A stretch of DNA of 63,533 bases, filler included, from Octopus bimaculoides (GCF_001194135.2; 5 parts of 5 records of this genome joined end to end with filler, not necessarily neighbours in it), one strand, 5' to 3'; shown: positions 30,935 through 43,346, counted from the first letter of the whole stretch. The notes: a model not told the origin generated them from the sequence alone. Program-made: numbers and translations.

Positions 30935-31211
30935 CACGTGTACCCTTAACGTAGTTCTCGGGGATATTCAGCGTGACACAGTGTGACAAGGCTGACCCTT
31001 TGAATTACAGGCACAACAGAAACAGGAAGTAAGAGTGGGAGAAAGTTGTGGTGAAAGAATACAGCAAGGTTCGCCACCATCCCCTGCCGGAGCCTTGTGG
31101 AGCTTTAGGTGTTTTCGCTCCATAAACACTCACAACGCCCGGTCTGGGAATCGAAACCGCGATCCTATGACCGCGAGTCCGCTGCCCTAACCACTGGGCC
31201 ATTGCGCCTCC
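30935..31211 (-). mobile_element. Young tRNA-derived SINE family B (3' end in gap)
   Basis: Head GGAGGCGCAATGGCCCAGTGGTTAGGGCAGCGGACTCGCGG...GTTTCGATTCCC with A and B boxes; near-identical to 42536-42918. Confidence 0.92.
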
Positions 31212-31982
31212 TGGAGCCTCAGCATAGCCGCAGTCTAATGACTGAAATAAGTAGAAGATGAAAGATACTAAAAGTTGCATGAGTTAGTAGAGACGCAACA
31301 CTTCAGTATTAATCATCAACAAAGTTCCGATTAACCTCAGTGGCATTTGAGCTCTAAGTCCAAATGTTCGCAGCTAAATACTGCAATTGAGCTCCTAACA
31401 AACCATAAAATATTAATTAACACTAAGTTTTTAAAAATTGATAATTGTAATTAATAAGGAAAGTTAGTTCTATTTCGTTCTGTTCTGTTTTCCCTTAATG
31501 TTCTAAAAGTTAGTAAAAAAAAATTAAGTATCATTTCAACATTTCAGAAAGTATTATTGATATCAACAATTTAAATTATCTGCAACTCTACTTTCTACTT
31601 TAATTACAACAGGAAACTGTGGACGGTTAATTAGTGTAAATGTAACATTGTAGACAATGTGAAAAATACGGAATTTTAATCAACAGTGTTAATATTTAAT
31701 TAGTTAAAAACAGTCATGATCAAGGAATAGAACATGAACTTGTTAATATGGGAATCGTAAATTAAAACCCCTTCTTCGAATGAGAGTGCCGCGAGATGCC
31801 ATTCGGGTATGAGACACTAAAGTGAAAATTGGCCGCTAAGGCCTATCCGAGAAATATTTGGCAAGAGAATTGAGATACCTTATGGTCTTATTTACTCTGT
31901 GTGTGTGCGTGTGCGTGTGTGTGTGTGTGTGTATGCGTGTGTGTGTGTGCGTGTGTGTGTGCGTGTGTGTGTGCGTGTGTGT

Positions 31983-32015
<33 letters not shown>

Positions 32016-32359
32016 AGCACAGATGTGGCTGTGTGGTAAGAAGCTTGCTTCCCAAACATATACTTCAGTTCCACTGAAACTGAAAGAAGCCCATCGCATG
32101 TGTGTGTGTGTGTGTCCTTTGTGCCCCCCCCCACACTACCACCACCATCGTTTGACAACCGGTGTCGATGTGTTTACGTTCCAGTAACTTAGCGGTTCGG
32201 CAAAACATACTCGATAGAATAAGTACTAGGCTTGAGAAATAAGTTCTGGGATCGATTTGTTCGACTAAAATCCTTCAAGGCGGTGCTCCAGCATGGCTGC
32301 AGTCAAATGACTGAAGTAAATAAACGAATAAAAGAATGCAATTAATTCTACGTCAGATA

Positions 32360-32720
32360 GTATTGTGATTATCTTGACAAGTTGAGTATGAGCATTGTGG
32401 ATAGTGAAAACTTCAGCTTCTTATCAACAATGATAATAGAGGAATAGAAATTATTTGGAATTAACGAATCTGCATACGACATGTTTCTACAAGATAGATG
32501 GAAGAAATTCGAGCAAATTCGGAGTGCTGTTTCACACAGTAAAGACATCGGATTGTTTGAACAACGATAGCTATCGATGATACTGTCACGCCATTATGTA
32601 GCAACATGCCATTCCAAAATGGAGAAGGAACTGTTGATGAAAAGCTTAAATTTCATTCCGAAGCACGATATGCTGCAATTTAGCTATCTTCACATGATTG
32701 ATGTTGAATGCCCAGACTAA
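32360..32720 (+). pseudogene. Possible decayed piggyBac-type transposase fragment
   Basis: Coding-like composition with in-frame stops: EE*KLFGI, DRWKKFEQIRSAV and (frameshift) GTVDEKLKF resemble the RF..I / VDE motifs. Confidence 0.3.
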
Positions 32721-33104
32721 TACCAGACAAAAGTGAGATTAATGAAGCAAATAAATCGCCCCAATTTTTTGTCTTGGTAGTTACCATGATCATGTTACTA
32801 AATTAAACGTATCGCTCAAAAGTCTTTCTACATAGTATGCCAAAGTTTTACTCTTAAATTAGGTTAAGTTGTAACGATTTATGAACTGGATGAATGTCAA
32901 CTCAACACGAACTTATTTAAAACTTGAATTATACATTCATTATTTTAGATTTTCATGTTGTCACTTCAATTTACATTGAAAGGCGTGTCTTTGTGTTAGG
33001 AAGTTTGCTTTACAACCACATGGTTCCGGGTTCAGTACTACTAACTGGCACCTTTAGTAGCTGTCTTCTACTACAGCATCGGGCCGATCAAGGATTATTA
33101 TTAT

Positions 33105-34009
33105 TATTATTATTTTATGTTTGACTTTTGTTTTGCATTTGTACAAGTTGGATCCAAGTCTCACCCAGAGACCTCAAGAGACAACAAGTTAGAAGTATAT
33201 GTAGGTGTTATGCCTAGGGTACCATATATTTGGATTTGTACAGTGTTGTTCTAGTGAATGTTTAAGAAACCATAAGAAAATTATGTGTTTGTTTTAAAAT
33301 TTGAGATCNNNNNNNNNNNNNNNNNNNNNNNNNNNNNNNNNNNNNNNNNNNNNNNNNNNNNNNNNNNNNNNNNNNNNNNNNNNNNNNNNNNNNNNNNNNN
33401 NNNNNNNNNNNNNNNNNNNNNNNNNNNNNNNNNNNNNNNNNNNNNNNNNNNNNNNNNNNNNNNNNNNNNNNNNNNNNNNNNNNNNNNNNNNNNNNNNNNN
33501 NNNNNNNNNNNNNNNNNNNNNNNNNNNNNNNNNNNNNNNNNNNNNNNNNNNNNNNNNNNNNNNNNNNNNNNNNNNNNNNNNNNNNNNNNNNNNNNNNNNN
33601 NNNNNNNNNNNNNNNNNNNNNNNNNNNNNNNNNNNNNNNNNNNNNNNNNNNNNNNNNNNNNNNNNNNNNNNNNNNNNNNNNNNNNNNNNNNNNNNNNNNN
33701 NNNNNNNNNNNNNNNNNNNNNNNNNNNNNNNNNNNNNNNNNNNNNNNNNNNNNNNNNNNNNNNNNNNNNNNNNNNNNNNNNNNNNNNNNNNNNNNNNNNN
33801 NNNNNNNNNNNNNNNNNNNNNNNNNNNNNNNNNNNNNNNNNNNNNNNNNNNNNNNNNNNNNNNNNNAAGCAGCAATTTTAGTACGGGTTTTCAAGCGCTT
33901 AGCTTTTTCTGCAGGTGTTTCTAGTTCATCTAATTCTTGAATTTGTTGCAATTGGAATGCACTTAGATATTCCTTTGCCTGTTTTGTTACTGAGTAAGAT
34001 GCTTTCTTG

Positions 34010-34010
<1 letters not shown>
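33105..34010 (-). mobile_element. R4-type LINE 3' portion spanning a gap, with (TAA)n tail
   Basis: KKASYSVTKQAKEYL...ETPAEKAKRLKTRTKIAA before the gap; 3' UTR gaggtctctgggtgagacttgg...aaaataataataat after it. Confidence 0.7.
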
Positions 34011-34040
<30 letters not shown>

Positions 34041-34049
34041 TTATTATTA

Positions 34050-34495
34050 TTGCAGCGAGCTGGCAGAATCGTTAGCACGCCGAGGAAAATGCTTAGCGGC
34101 ATTTAGTCCGTCTTTACAATCTAAGTTAAAATTCCGCCGGGGTCGACTTTGCCTTTCATTTTTTGAAGCCGATAAATTAAGTACCAGTGAAACACTGAGA
34201 TCGATGTAATTGACTCATCCCCTCCCCCCAAAATTGCTGCCCTTGTGGCAAAATTTGAAGCCATTATTATCATTATTATTAAGGTAGCGAGTTGGCAGAA
34301 TCGTTAGCTCGCTGGGCGAAATACTTAGCGGCATTTCGTCCGTCTTTACGTTCTGAGTTCAAATTCCGCCGAAGTCGACTTTGCCTTTCATCCTTTCGAG
34401 GTCGATAAAATAAGTACCAGTTAAATACTAGGGTTGATGTAACTGACTTACCACTCCCCTGAGATTGCTGGCCTTGTGCCAAAACTTGAAATCAT
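34050..34495 (+). mobile_element. Two tandem family A SINEs; inverted copy at about 34880-35080
   Basis: Near-consensus heads and bodies. Confidence 0.9.
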
Positions 34496-34506
34496 AATTA
34501 TTATCA

Positions 34507-34870
34507 GGACAAGGCTGAAAAGCATGAGGATAGATACATTCCTCTTTGATAGAACTCTCATCGACTTTTTCAAGTTTCACTTGAAAAGGAAATTGAGAGT
34601 GGAGAGGGAAGTGCTGTCCTCGAGTGAGTTTATTGAAAGGTGGGTGAAAGTTGCGAAAATGGCAAGAGTGGGTGGTACTTCTCTAAGTGTAGATTTGTGA
34701 GTCGGAGAAAAGGAATTGGAGAGGGGCACTTTCAGGGAAATCTCGGGCAGTGTGGTTCCTCGATTATCCCTACAGACGTTCTTGTATCAGGAGGGCCACA
34801 TCTCTATCATCCTCACCTCTTTTTTTTTTACCTTTGTGTCAGCACAGGACATCCTGAGACGAGATGGTCT
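34507..34870 (+). mobile_element. L1/Tx1-type LINE ORF2 C-terminus and 3' UTR
   Basis: TLIDFFKFHLKRKLRVEREVLSSSEFIERWVKVAKMARV...LSVDL* (stop at 34698-34700), then a T-rich end. Confidence 0.6.
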
Positions 34871-35074
34871 ATTTTTTTTCTACTCTAGGCACAAGGCCCG
34901 AAATATTTTGGGGAGGGGGCCAGTCGATTACATCGACCCAGTACGCAACTGGTACTTAATTTATCGACCCCGAAAGGATGAAAGGCAAAGTCGACCTCGG
35001 CGGAATTTGAACTCAGAGCATAAAGACAGATGAAATACCGCTAAGCATTTCGCCCGGTGTGCTAACGTTTCTGC

Positions 35075-35815
35075 CAGCGCATCGCTTTGACGAGATGGTC
35101 TACTATTTCGTCAAATGTGTCGCAGAATCTGCATTTAGGGTCAGAACCGTTTTGAAGAACGTTAGCCGCCAATATGAAACCTTCAGTCTCTGCTTTCAGT
35201 CCTGAACTTCTCAGCCACTGATGCGTTGTTGCTTGATCTGCATCAGCGTATCGATTTCGAAGTATATACTGTCCATGTAGAGGCTTCTGGCTCCACCGCT
35301 CCTCAGTTTGTTTCCGCCCGCTTTGCTTGTTTTGTGGCAGTGGTTTCAGGTTCTTCAAATATTTCAGGATTAATGCCAAGTTCTCTTGCGAATTTGCAAG
35401 CTTCCTTGACAAGAGAATGTGATTTTTTTTTACTGCTTTCGTGTTAGCACAAAGTCGCAGCATCAAATTCTCTATACTAGATAAGTAACTGTTCATTGCT
35501 ATAGTGGAGGTCTTATAACACAGTTCTACCTGCATCATTCCTCTTCCCCCCATTATTTCTAGGTAGGTACAGACGATCGACATCTGCTTTTGGGTGGTGC
35601 ATGTTCTTATAAGTTAGTAGTTTTCTTGTCTTCCTGTCCAGATGTTGGAGCTCTGTAAGATTCCAGTTAATGATGTTAAAACTATATTGGACTACTGGAA
35701 GTGCCAAGGTGTTAATAGCTTCGATGCAATTTTTAGAGTTGAGTTCAGTTTTTAGTATGAGTCTTATTCTCCTGTAATATTCCTTTCTTATTTCTCTCTT
35801 CATGGTAGCATATTA
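35075..35815 (-). mobile_element. R4/Dong LINE fragment (post-RT thumb to CCHC finger)
   Basis: KEYYRRIRLILKTELNSKN, AINTLALPVVQYSF, LDRKTRKLL..HHPKADVDRLYLPR..GGRG, KPLHGQY, WLRSSGLKAETEGFILAA, CRFCDTFDEIVDHLV. Confidence 0.92.
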
Positions 35816-35846
35816 TTATTATTATTATTATTATTATTATCATTTA

Positions 35847-35997
35847 TGGCGGCGAGCTGGCAGAATCGTTAGCACCCCGGGTGATTAAATAAGTACCAGT
35901 TACGCTCTGGGGTCGATGTAATCGACTTAATCCCTTTGTCTGTCCCCTCTGTGTTTAGCTCCCTGTGGGCAATAAAGAAACATGTTGTTGTTATTAT

Positions 35998-36048
<51 letters not shown>

Positions 36049-36322
36049 GGTGGCAAGCTGGCAGAAACGTTAACACGTCGAGCGAGATGCTTAGCGTCAT
36101 TTAGTCCGTCTTTACGTTCTGAGTTCAAATTTTGCCGAGGTCGACTTAGCCTTTCATCCCTTCGGGGTCGATAAATTAAGTACCAGTGAAACACTGGGGT
36201 CGATTTAATCGACTAGTCCCCTTCCCCAAAATTTCAAGGCCTTGTGCCTTCAGTAGAAAGGATTATTATTGTTGTTGTTGTTGTTGTTGTTGTTAAAGCG
36301 GCGAGCTGGTTGAATCGTTAGG
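35847..36322 (+). mobile_element. Three SINE copies (35847-35985 internally deleted, 36048-36270, head only at about 36297-36322) separated by (TAT)n, (TAC)n and (GTT)n
   Basis: ggcggcgagctggcagaatcgttagc heads. Confidence 0.85.
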
Positions 36323-36323
36323 A

Positions 36324-37040
36324 CAGTGAACTCACAACCTTTTTGCTTGCATGAATCAAAGAGAAAATTACAATGCTGCTGAGTCAGAACTTTTCCAGCA
36401 CTTCGATCGAGACGAGTTCACTTCTGGTAGATTTTAGAAGATTCAGATTGGAGGAAGTTCTTCTTCAACTTAAACTGAAACAAAGTCTCTTTCGATTACT
36501 AGATGACATTCAAACTCTTGGCAATAACACATTACCTCTTGGATTATAAGATGAACAATATCCCCAATATTTATAAAGAATATTCGGTTTCTTTTTGTTG
36601 GCACAAGATAAAGATATGGCCATTTAATCTGAACTAGCCGTAAAAATTCAGAGAAACCAAAATAAGTGAAAATAGTGTAAGTGTTATAGAATGGCGGATA
36701 CGGGAGGAGGAGAGAATTGATAAGCTTCATCCTGTTTAAGCAAAGTGATGAGTGACAGCTTAGACAGGTCTCTGCAAAATATTCAAGAATCCATAAGTTT
36801 GTTTTGGAATATACAAAGATTGAAAGATAGATGTTACCCTTAAACTGATTCATTTTATAAACGTGTTTCCACATTGCAAGCCACAGTATCTACATTAAGG
36901 TTTAAATTGTACAAAGGTGTAGTTCAAAAACTACTGTTTCGATCTTATGTTGAGGAAGGCATTACGTGAAAGTAAATAAAGAAACTTACTGGGTACCTGT
37001 AGAGTTGAAACCAGTTTATGGCTATCTGTTAATAGTTCTT
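36324..37040 (-). mobile_element. Possible decayed hAT element end, inserted in a SINE head
   Basis: Terminus cagtgaactcacaacctttt resembles the hAT TIR cagtggttctcaacc at 46322; minus-strand trace ILYKYW...LLPRV*MSSSNRKRLCFS resembles the hAT dimerisation motif. Confidence 0.4.
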
Positions 37041-37069
37041 CGTGCATAAAGAATACACATATATATATA

Positions 37070-38359
37070 TTGGTTGGCAAGAAAGTAATTTCGTTTTCTT
37101 ATTGGGAAATAAAAGTCTGTTTTTTTTTTTCGTACAAAGAATGAACTTTAATCAACTATATATTTTCCATTTTGTTCGATGACCTTTTGCCATCTTTCTG
37201 GCAACTTCATGATTCCGCGCTTATAGGACTTCTGGTCCTTATCAGCTAAAAACTGAAGTGAATACGATTTCAGGTCATCATCATTATTGAAAGTTTTACT
37301 CTTCAAAACATTTTGTAAACTTTGAAATAAATGGTAATCTGATGGTGCAAGGTCAGGGCTATATGGTGAATGACCCATCACTTCCCAACCAAGCTCTAAT
37401 AATATTTCGCGAGTTAGCAAAGACGTGTGTGGTCTAATGTTGTCGTGGTGGAACACGATTCCTTTACGATTTGCCAATTCTGGTCGTTTTTCTTTGATTG
37501 CTCCCTCCAGTTTCATTAGTTGTTGACAGTAAACATCTGAATTGATCGTTTGGTTCCTTGGAAGCAGCTCAAAATACACAACACCTATGCAATCCCACCA
37601 AATTGACAGCATGACCCTTTTTGATGCAATTCAACTTTCGATGTGGTTTGTGCTGGTTCATTACGCTCGGGCCATGATCGTTTTCGATTGATGTTATTGT
37701 AGACAATCCATTTTTCATCACCAGTGAAAGCTGATTTTTAGAAAAAAGGTCGATTTCATTGTGTTTGAGATGCATATCGCAAATATTGATTCGTTGTACT
37801 AAGTGAATCTCTTTCAATTTATGAGGAACTCAAATATCGAGCTTCTTAACGAGTCCAAGATATTTTAAGTGGTTTTTCAGTTGTTGTGTGTGATACATTT
37901 AACCTCTCTGCAATCTCTCGCATAGTTATATGACAATCAGATTCAATTATGGCTTCGATTCGGTCATCATCAACTTCAGTAGGTCGACCAGAACGTTAGT
38001 TATCTTTGAGAGAAAAATCTCCGGAACGGAATTATTTAAACCATTTCTGATATGTGCGTTCTGTTAAGCAATCAACACCATAAACTTCACATATCGCTTT
38101 GTGAGCTTCAGTAGCTTTCTTGCCTTTACGGAAATAAAAAAAAGCAAAATATGGCGAAAATGTTCCTTTTGCACTTCATGTTAAAATTGACACTGAATAG
38201 CTGTAAACAAAATTACGTACAATTTGCTTCTAAAGTAAGCTAAAAGTAACGGCTATCAAATGTCACAAGGAAAAAAACATAACCTTGACAAAAGTTATTA
38301 CAAAAAGATCGCAACTCTATCCATTTGCGAAAAACGAAATTACTTTCTTGCCAACCCAA
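37070..38359 (-). mobile_element. Full-length (1290 bp) inactive mariner transposon (DD34D), mellifera-like TIRs
   Basis: TIRs ttgg(g)ttggcaagaaagtaatttcgttt at both ends with TA target duplication. Transposase motifs HHDNIRPH and YSPDLAPSDYHLF; ORF broken by frameshifts and stops. Confidence 0.97.
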
Positions 38360-38668
38360 TAAATATAACTACAAACTTATCATTCAAATATACTTGAGGT
38401 ATATTCAAACCCGTAAGAAAGTTATTTCTCGTTCTAGACAAATGGGTGTAAATACACAGTCAGCTCACAGCGCCCCCTAACCAAACTGATGCATTTTGGA
38501 GTGGTTATCTCTTCTTCATCAACAGAGACTGGAAAGGCAGACGCTGCGAATTAACACGGGAGACAGGTTCCTCTTATGATATTATAACCTGTCATTCTGC
38601 AATGACTGATTCCAAATTTCAGCAGCTCGCTGTAAATAAAATGTATACATACGCATGTAAATACATAC

Positions 38669-38723
38669 CTGAATTTATAGAGGGCTCAAGGGTATATAGG
38701 TAGAAAGAGGACAATAAGCTCAA
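38669..38723 (-). CDS. Candidate 55-nt exon of an unidentified minus-strand transcript (LSLLSSFYLYTLEPSINS)
   Basis: Acceptor ttcctttcccttgtag and donor cag|gtatgt; only one frame is open. No homology recognised. Confidence 0.25.
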
Positions 38724-38914
38724 CTACAAGGGAAAGGAAGGTGATTTTAGTATGATGGTCAGAATGAATTCCAATGTGTCAGTAAAAGCTTATCAAAGTG
38801 CAGGCATTTTGAAAATATTTCATTTCTTGTATTTAAAAAATCAGCAATCACCAATTCCACTAATCTATCTTTTTTTTTTTTAATTATTATAATAATTATT
38901 TTAAAATGTGACAC

Positions 38915-40501
38915 AAAGCCAGCAATTTTAGGGGCAGGGATTTAGTTCATGAGATCAACCCTAGCGCTTAACTGGTAGATATTTTATATGAAATTGCGAA
39001 AGCAAAGTCAGCCACGATGGAATTTGAACTCAGAACGTAAACAGCCAAGAGAAATACTGTTAAGCATTTTGTCAAATGTGCTATCGATCTGCCAACTCAC
39101 TGCCTTAACAATAACACGATTATTTCTAATTTTTGGCACATGGCCAATAATTTTTAGCAGGAGGGGATTACTTGAGACAATCGACCCTAGTACTTGATGA
39201 GTGGCTGACCGCAGCAGAATTTCATATAAGAACATCAAGACTTAGAGGAAATGCCACAAAGCGTTTTGTGCTAATGACCATATCAAATATACAATTAATA
39301 ATAATTTTTAAGGCGACGAGATGGCAGAGTCGTTAGCACGCTGGGTAACATGCTTAGTGGCATATCATCCACTTTTACGTTCTGAGTTCAAATTACCCCG
39401 CCTTTCATCCATTCAGGGTCGATAAAATAAAGTACCAGTCAAGTATTGAGGTTGTTTTAATTGAAAGTCCCTTCCTCTACATTTCTGACTTTGTGTCAAT
39501 GTAAAAAATTATGAAGTGTAGTGGAGTGGCAGACTCATCAGAGAGAATGCCTTTTCCTTGTTTTCAATCTCTAATTTCTATTAATCCATAGTTCCTATGT
39601 GTTCCAGAACAAAAGATGTGGCCATGCTAAAACGCTACCATCTAGAATGATAATAATAATAATAATGTTTTAGATTGGCACTAGGTCAGCAATCTAACAA
39701 TCAAATCAATCTTGGTAGTTCATTTTACAAATTCTAGAAGTTAAGAAAATGAAGTTCAACATAGTGGAATTTAAACTCAGAATATAAAGAGCTGAAACAA
39801 ATACTGCAAAACATTTTATCCAACACTAACAATTCTGCCAAACTATAATAATAATCCCTTCTACTGCAAGTACAAGGCCTGAAATTTTTTTTTAGGAGAA
39901 GGGGCTAGTCCAGTACAGTGACCTGAAGTGCTGTCTGGTGTTTATTTCATCAACTGCAAAAAAGAATGAATAGTAAAATAAACCTCAGTGGAATTTAAAC
40001 TCAGAACATAGTGAAATGTGCTGCAAAACATTTTATCTGACATGCCAACAATTCTGCCAGCTCGTCGCCTTTATAATAATCCTTTCTACTATAGGTACAA
40101 GGGCTGAAATTTGGGGAGGTGGATAGTCGATCATATCAACCCTAGTGCTCAACTGGTACTTATTTTATTGACTCCGAGAGGATGAAAGGCAAAGTCAAAT
40201 CTCAGTGAAATTTGAACTCAGAATGTGGTGACAGACCGAATACCACTACACATTTCATCCAGAGCACAATTCTACCAGCTTGCTGCCTTAATAATACTAT
40301 AGGCACAAGGCCTGAAATTTGGGTGTGGCGGGGGGAGTCGATTACATCAACCCCAGTGTTTCACTGGTACTTAATTCATCCACCCCACAAGGAAGAAAGG
40401 TAAAGTCGACCATGGCAGAATTTGAACTCAGAATGTAGCAATGGGTGAAATACTGCTAAGCATTTCGTCCAGTGTGCTAATGATTCTGCCAGCTCACCGC
40501 C

Positions 40502-40505
<4 letters not shown>
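38915..40505. mobile_element. Family A SINE cluster: 38915-39105(-), 39310-39500(+), four head-to-tail copies 39670-40505(-), all CpG-eroded
   Basis: Core gaatttgaactcagaatg/aacat with CG replaced by TG/CA. Confidence 0.85.
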
Positions 40506-40532
<27 letters not shown>

Positions 40533-40905
40533 GAGCACAAACATCTGCCAAGGCAATACCAACATCCTCTCAACAATTAGCCAGAGATGATTTTTAAAAT
40601 GAGAATATCTGAAATAAACTCAACTGCTCTCACAAACAAGGATACTAAAAATGAACCTGACTGCTCTCAAAAATTAAGTAGAAAAAAAAACAGGAAAAAT
40701 AATCCAGAAGCCTTCTCTGGTACCGGATTGATCTCCAAAGCTAATCAGTTCGTGCCAGTCACAAGGCCAAGCATCCCTGAAAGTTTCATCCAAATCCATC
40801 CAGCAGTTCTTGAGACATCTTGTCCACGGACACACAAAGAAACAAACAAACAAATATGACTGAAAACAATACCTCCGCCTTCACACTAAGGTGGAGGTAA
40901 TAATA
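40533..40905 (+). mobile_element. Helentron-type non-autonomous element (HINE-like)
   Basis: 5' agagcacaaacatctgccaaggc; 3' microsatellite (AAAC)n then the hairpin acctccgcctt-cacact-aaggtggaggt; inserted in an (AAT)n tract. Confidence 0.55.
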
Positions 40906-41466
40906 ATAACAACAAAGACAAGATATGGTTAAGTCAATGTTTACTTTACAATGAGATCATATATATTTGCATACACACTCACACATACAGAGCTACTTAT
41001 GCTTGTATAATGTAAGTGAATAACTGAGTTGTCCAATAAAAAATATAATGTTAATATGTAGTTGCCATATGTGAACAGGAATTTCATTTCATTTCATCCT
41101 TTTTTTTTTCAAGTTTTTCAATGAAAGAAAAAAACAACAATAATAATAATAAATCTTAGTGTACTGCACAAGATAGAACATTGTTCCATACTGCAGGCCA
41201 CATATTTTGGGCAAATGATGGTATTAGAACAGGAGGGAAGAGGGTGGGGAGCAGAGAGAGACGAAGAGAGAGAGAAGTATCTAAAATTTACTGAGACAAA
41301 AATCAGGATTTATATTTTCTTTGTTCTATTTTTCTCTTTTTTTTACAAGTTTTGTTTGATTTTTGTCAATATCTGTGTATGTGTATGTATGATGGGGGTC
41401 TTGTTTTTTTGCTACTTTAAATATTTTTCAATTGATTTTAGGGAGAGAAAAACAAAGAAAAATGTG

Positions 41467-41644
41467 TTAAGCCTTTTGATACCAACTCACCTGAGACACA
41501 AACTTTGTGTTCAAAGAGATCTAAATTAAAACCTTCCATCAAAATTTATGTTCCAAATACCAGCTTAATAAATGACAAAGCTATTTTACTAAATTCATCA
41601 TTAACAAAATTAATTAAAAGAAATATGGTAACAAGAAGAGTTAA
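41467..41644. mobile_element. piggyBac-type MITE (TTAA flanks), related to 43698-43920
   Basis: ttaa-gccttttgatacc ... aagag-ttaa; shared internal motifs with 43698-43920. Confidence 0.55.
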
Positions 41645-42195
41645 AGCAAACAGAAAGAATAAATAAAAATTATTGGAATCAACTCAAAATTCTACAAAAA
41701 ATATATATATTATATACATATCCTTGTGCTCATTCATATTCTACATAGTTAATGAATGTATGTTACTGAATTTGAATCATAAAAATATAAAGAATAAACA
41801 TTTAATAATCGAACAACTATGATGATTCTTTAACTAGTTTCATTCTTTGGACTGTGGCCATGCTTCAGGTAGAAACTTCAAAATTCTTTAGATATTTTAC
41901 TGACCTTGGAGAAATTCAAGAAACCAAAAGTTGATTAGGTGTAAAGGGACATAATCCAAATAGCATATTTTTGTTTTACCCCCATATGTATACACACACA
42001 GACACGCATGCTATCCAACAGGCTTCCACACACTTTTCATCTACTAAATTCTAATTGAAGGTTTTGGTCAACCCAAGGTTATGTTAGGAAGACACTTGTT
42101 CATTGAAATTGAACCTGTAACCACATTATTGCTAAGTAAACATCTTGACCCCCATGACAAAGTATTACCAGATTACAGATATTAACAGAATATTT

Positions 42196-42284
42196 CTAAT
42201 CTTTGTTAGTAAGCTTGGCAAAATCCCACAGATTATGCACGTCAGTGCGTAGAAGTCTCTGTTTCTTGGTTGTAAGATTAATTT
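42196..42284 (-). CDS. Candidate terminal exon (EINLTTKKQRLLRTDVHNLWDFAKLTNKD*)
   Basis: Strong acceptor ctctgctctttctccacacag; protein-like peptide; not recognised. Confidence 0.25.
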
Positions 42285-42535
42285 CTGTGTGGAGAAAGAG
42301 CAGAGTTAAGTGAATAAACCACAGTATATTATTAGTGTTTATTTTCTTGTTTCTACCAAGATTTGAACTCAGAATTTTTAGAGTTGAAGCCATGATCAAC
42401 CACCCAGTCTTCATATCCTCAGTCCCCAGGAAGATCAGAGCAATAACAATGGTAGAGAAAACCCAAGCTGGATTGTGTAATTACAATGCAAGGTTGGCAT
42501 CAACTCCTAACTCTGCTCCCTACCAAAACAGTTGT

Positions 42536-42918
42536 GGAGGCGCAATGGCCCAGTGGTTAGGGCAGCGGACTCGCGGTCATAGTATCGCAGTTTCGATTCC
42601 CAGACCAGGCGTTGTGAGTGTTTATTGAGCGAAAACACCTAAAAGCTCCACGAGGCTCCGGCAGGGGATGGTGGCGAACCCTGCTGTACTCTTTCAACAC
42701 AACTTTCTCTCACTTTTACTTCCTGTTTCTGTTGTGCCTGTAATTCAAAGGGTCAGCCTTGTCACACTGTGTCACGCTGAATATCCCCGAGAACTACGTT
42801 AAGGGTACACGTGTCTGTGGAGTGCTCAGCCACTTGCACGTTAATTTCACGAGCAGGCTGTTCAGTTGATCGGATCAACTGGAACCCTCGACGTTGTAAG
42901 CGACAGAGTGCCAACAAC
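42536..42918 (+). mobile_element. Full-length family B SINE with LINE-like 3' tail
   Basis: A/B boxes, body and (AAC) tail; nearly identical to 30935-31211. Confidence 0.93.
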
Positions 42919-43118
42919 CAAAACAGTGTGCAAATGGGACACACTACAAAACATATGAACAGCACCATTGCAGGTTGCGTTGGCGGTTTATGCATTAAGG
43001 ATTAGTAACGGAAAGCTACGATATTACATATTATTTCACTAATGATAATGTACTTGTGTGTAGAAAGTTGTATGAGCTGTTACAAATAACAGCCCAAACT
43101 GACAAGTTACACCTTACT

Positions 43119-43346
43119 TTAACTCTTTAGCATCTCAACTGGCCATATCCAGCCCAAATATTCTATTTGCTTTATGTTCAAACTAGCCAGATCTGGCTTC
43201 TCACATCTAGCCTACAATGTCATTCTAAAAATAAACAATTAGATCATTGAAATGTCAAAGCTATGAGATAATACATGATTAATTCAAAACAATGTGAATA
43301 AATAAGCATCACGTTTGGCAGAGTAATCAGAATGCTAATGGGTTAA
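43119..43346. mobile_element. piggyBac-type MITE; second copy at 47271-47454
   Basis: TTAA-c(t/c)ctttagcat ... atgctaa(t/a)ggg-TTAA inverted ends and a shared interior (tacaatgtcattctaaaaata). Confidence 0.8.

Noticed and set aside
36470-36874. 134-aa ORF / multi-exon host gene at 36.3-37.0 kb
   Set aside because: The spliced products were not protein-like; a decayed hAT end explains the segment at least as well.
42536-42612. tRNA gene
   Set aside because: It is a tRNA-like SINE head that continues into a SINE body, with no proper cloverleaf or terminator.
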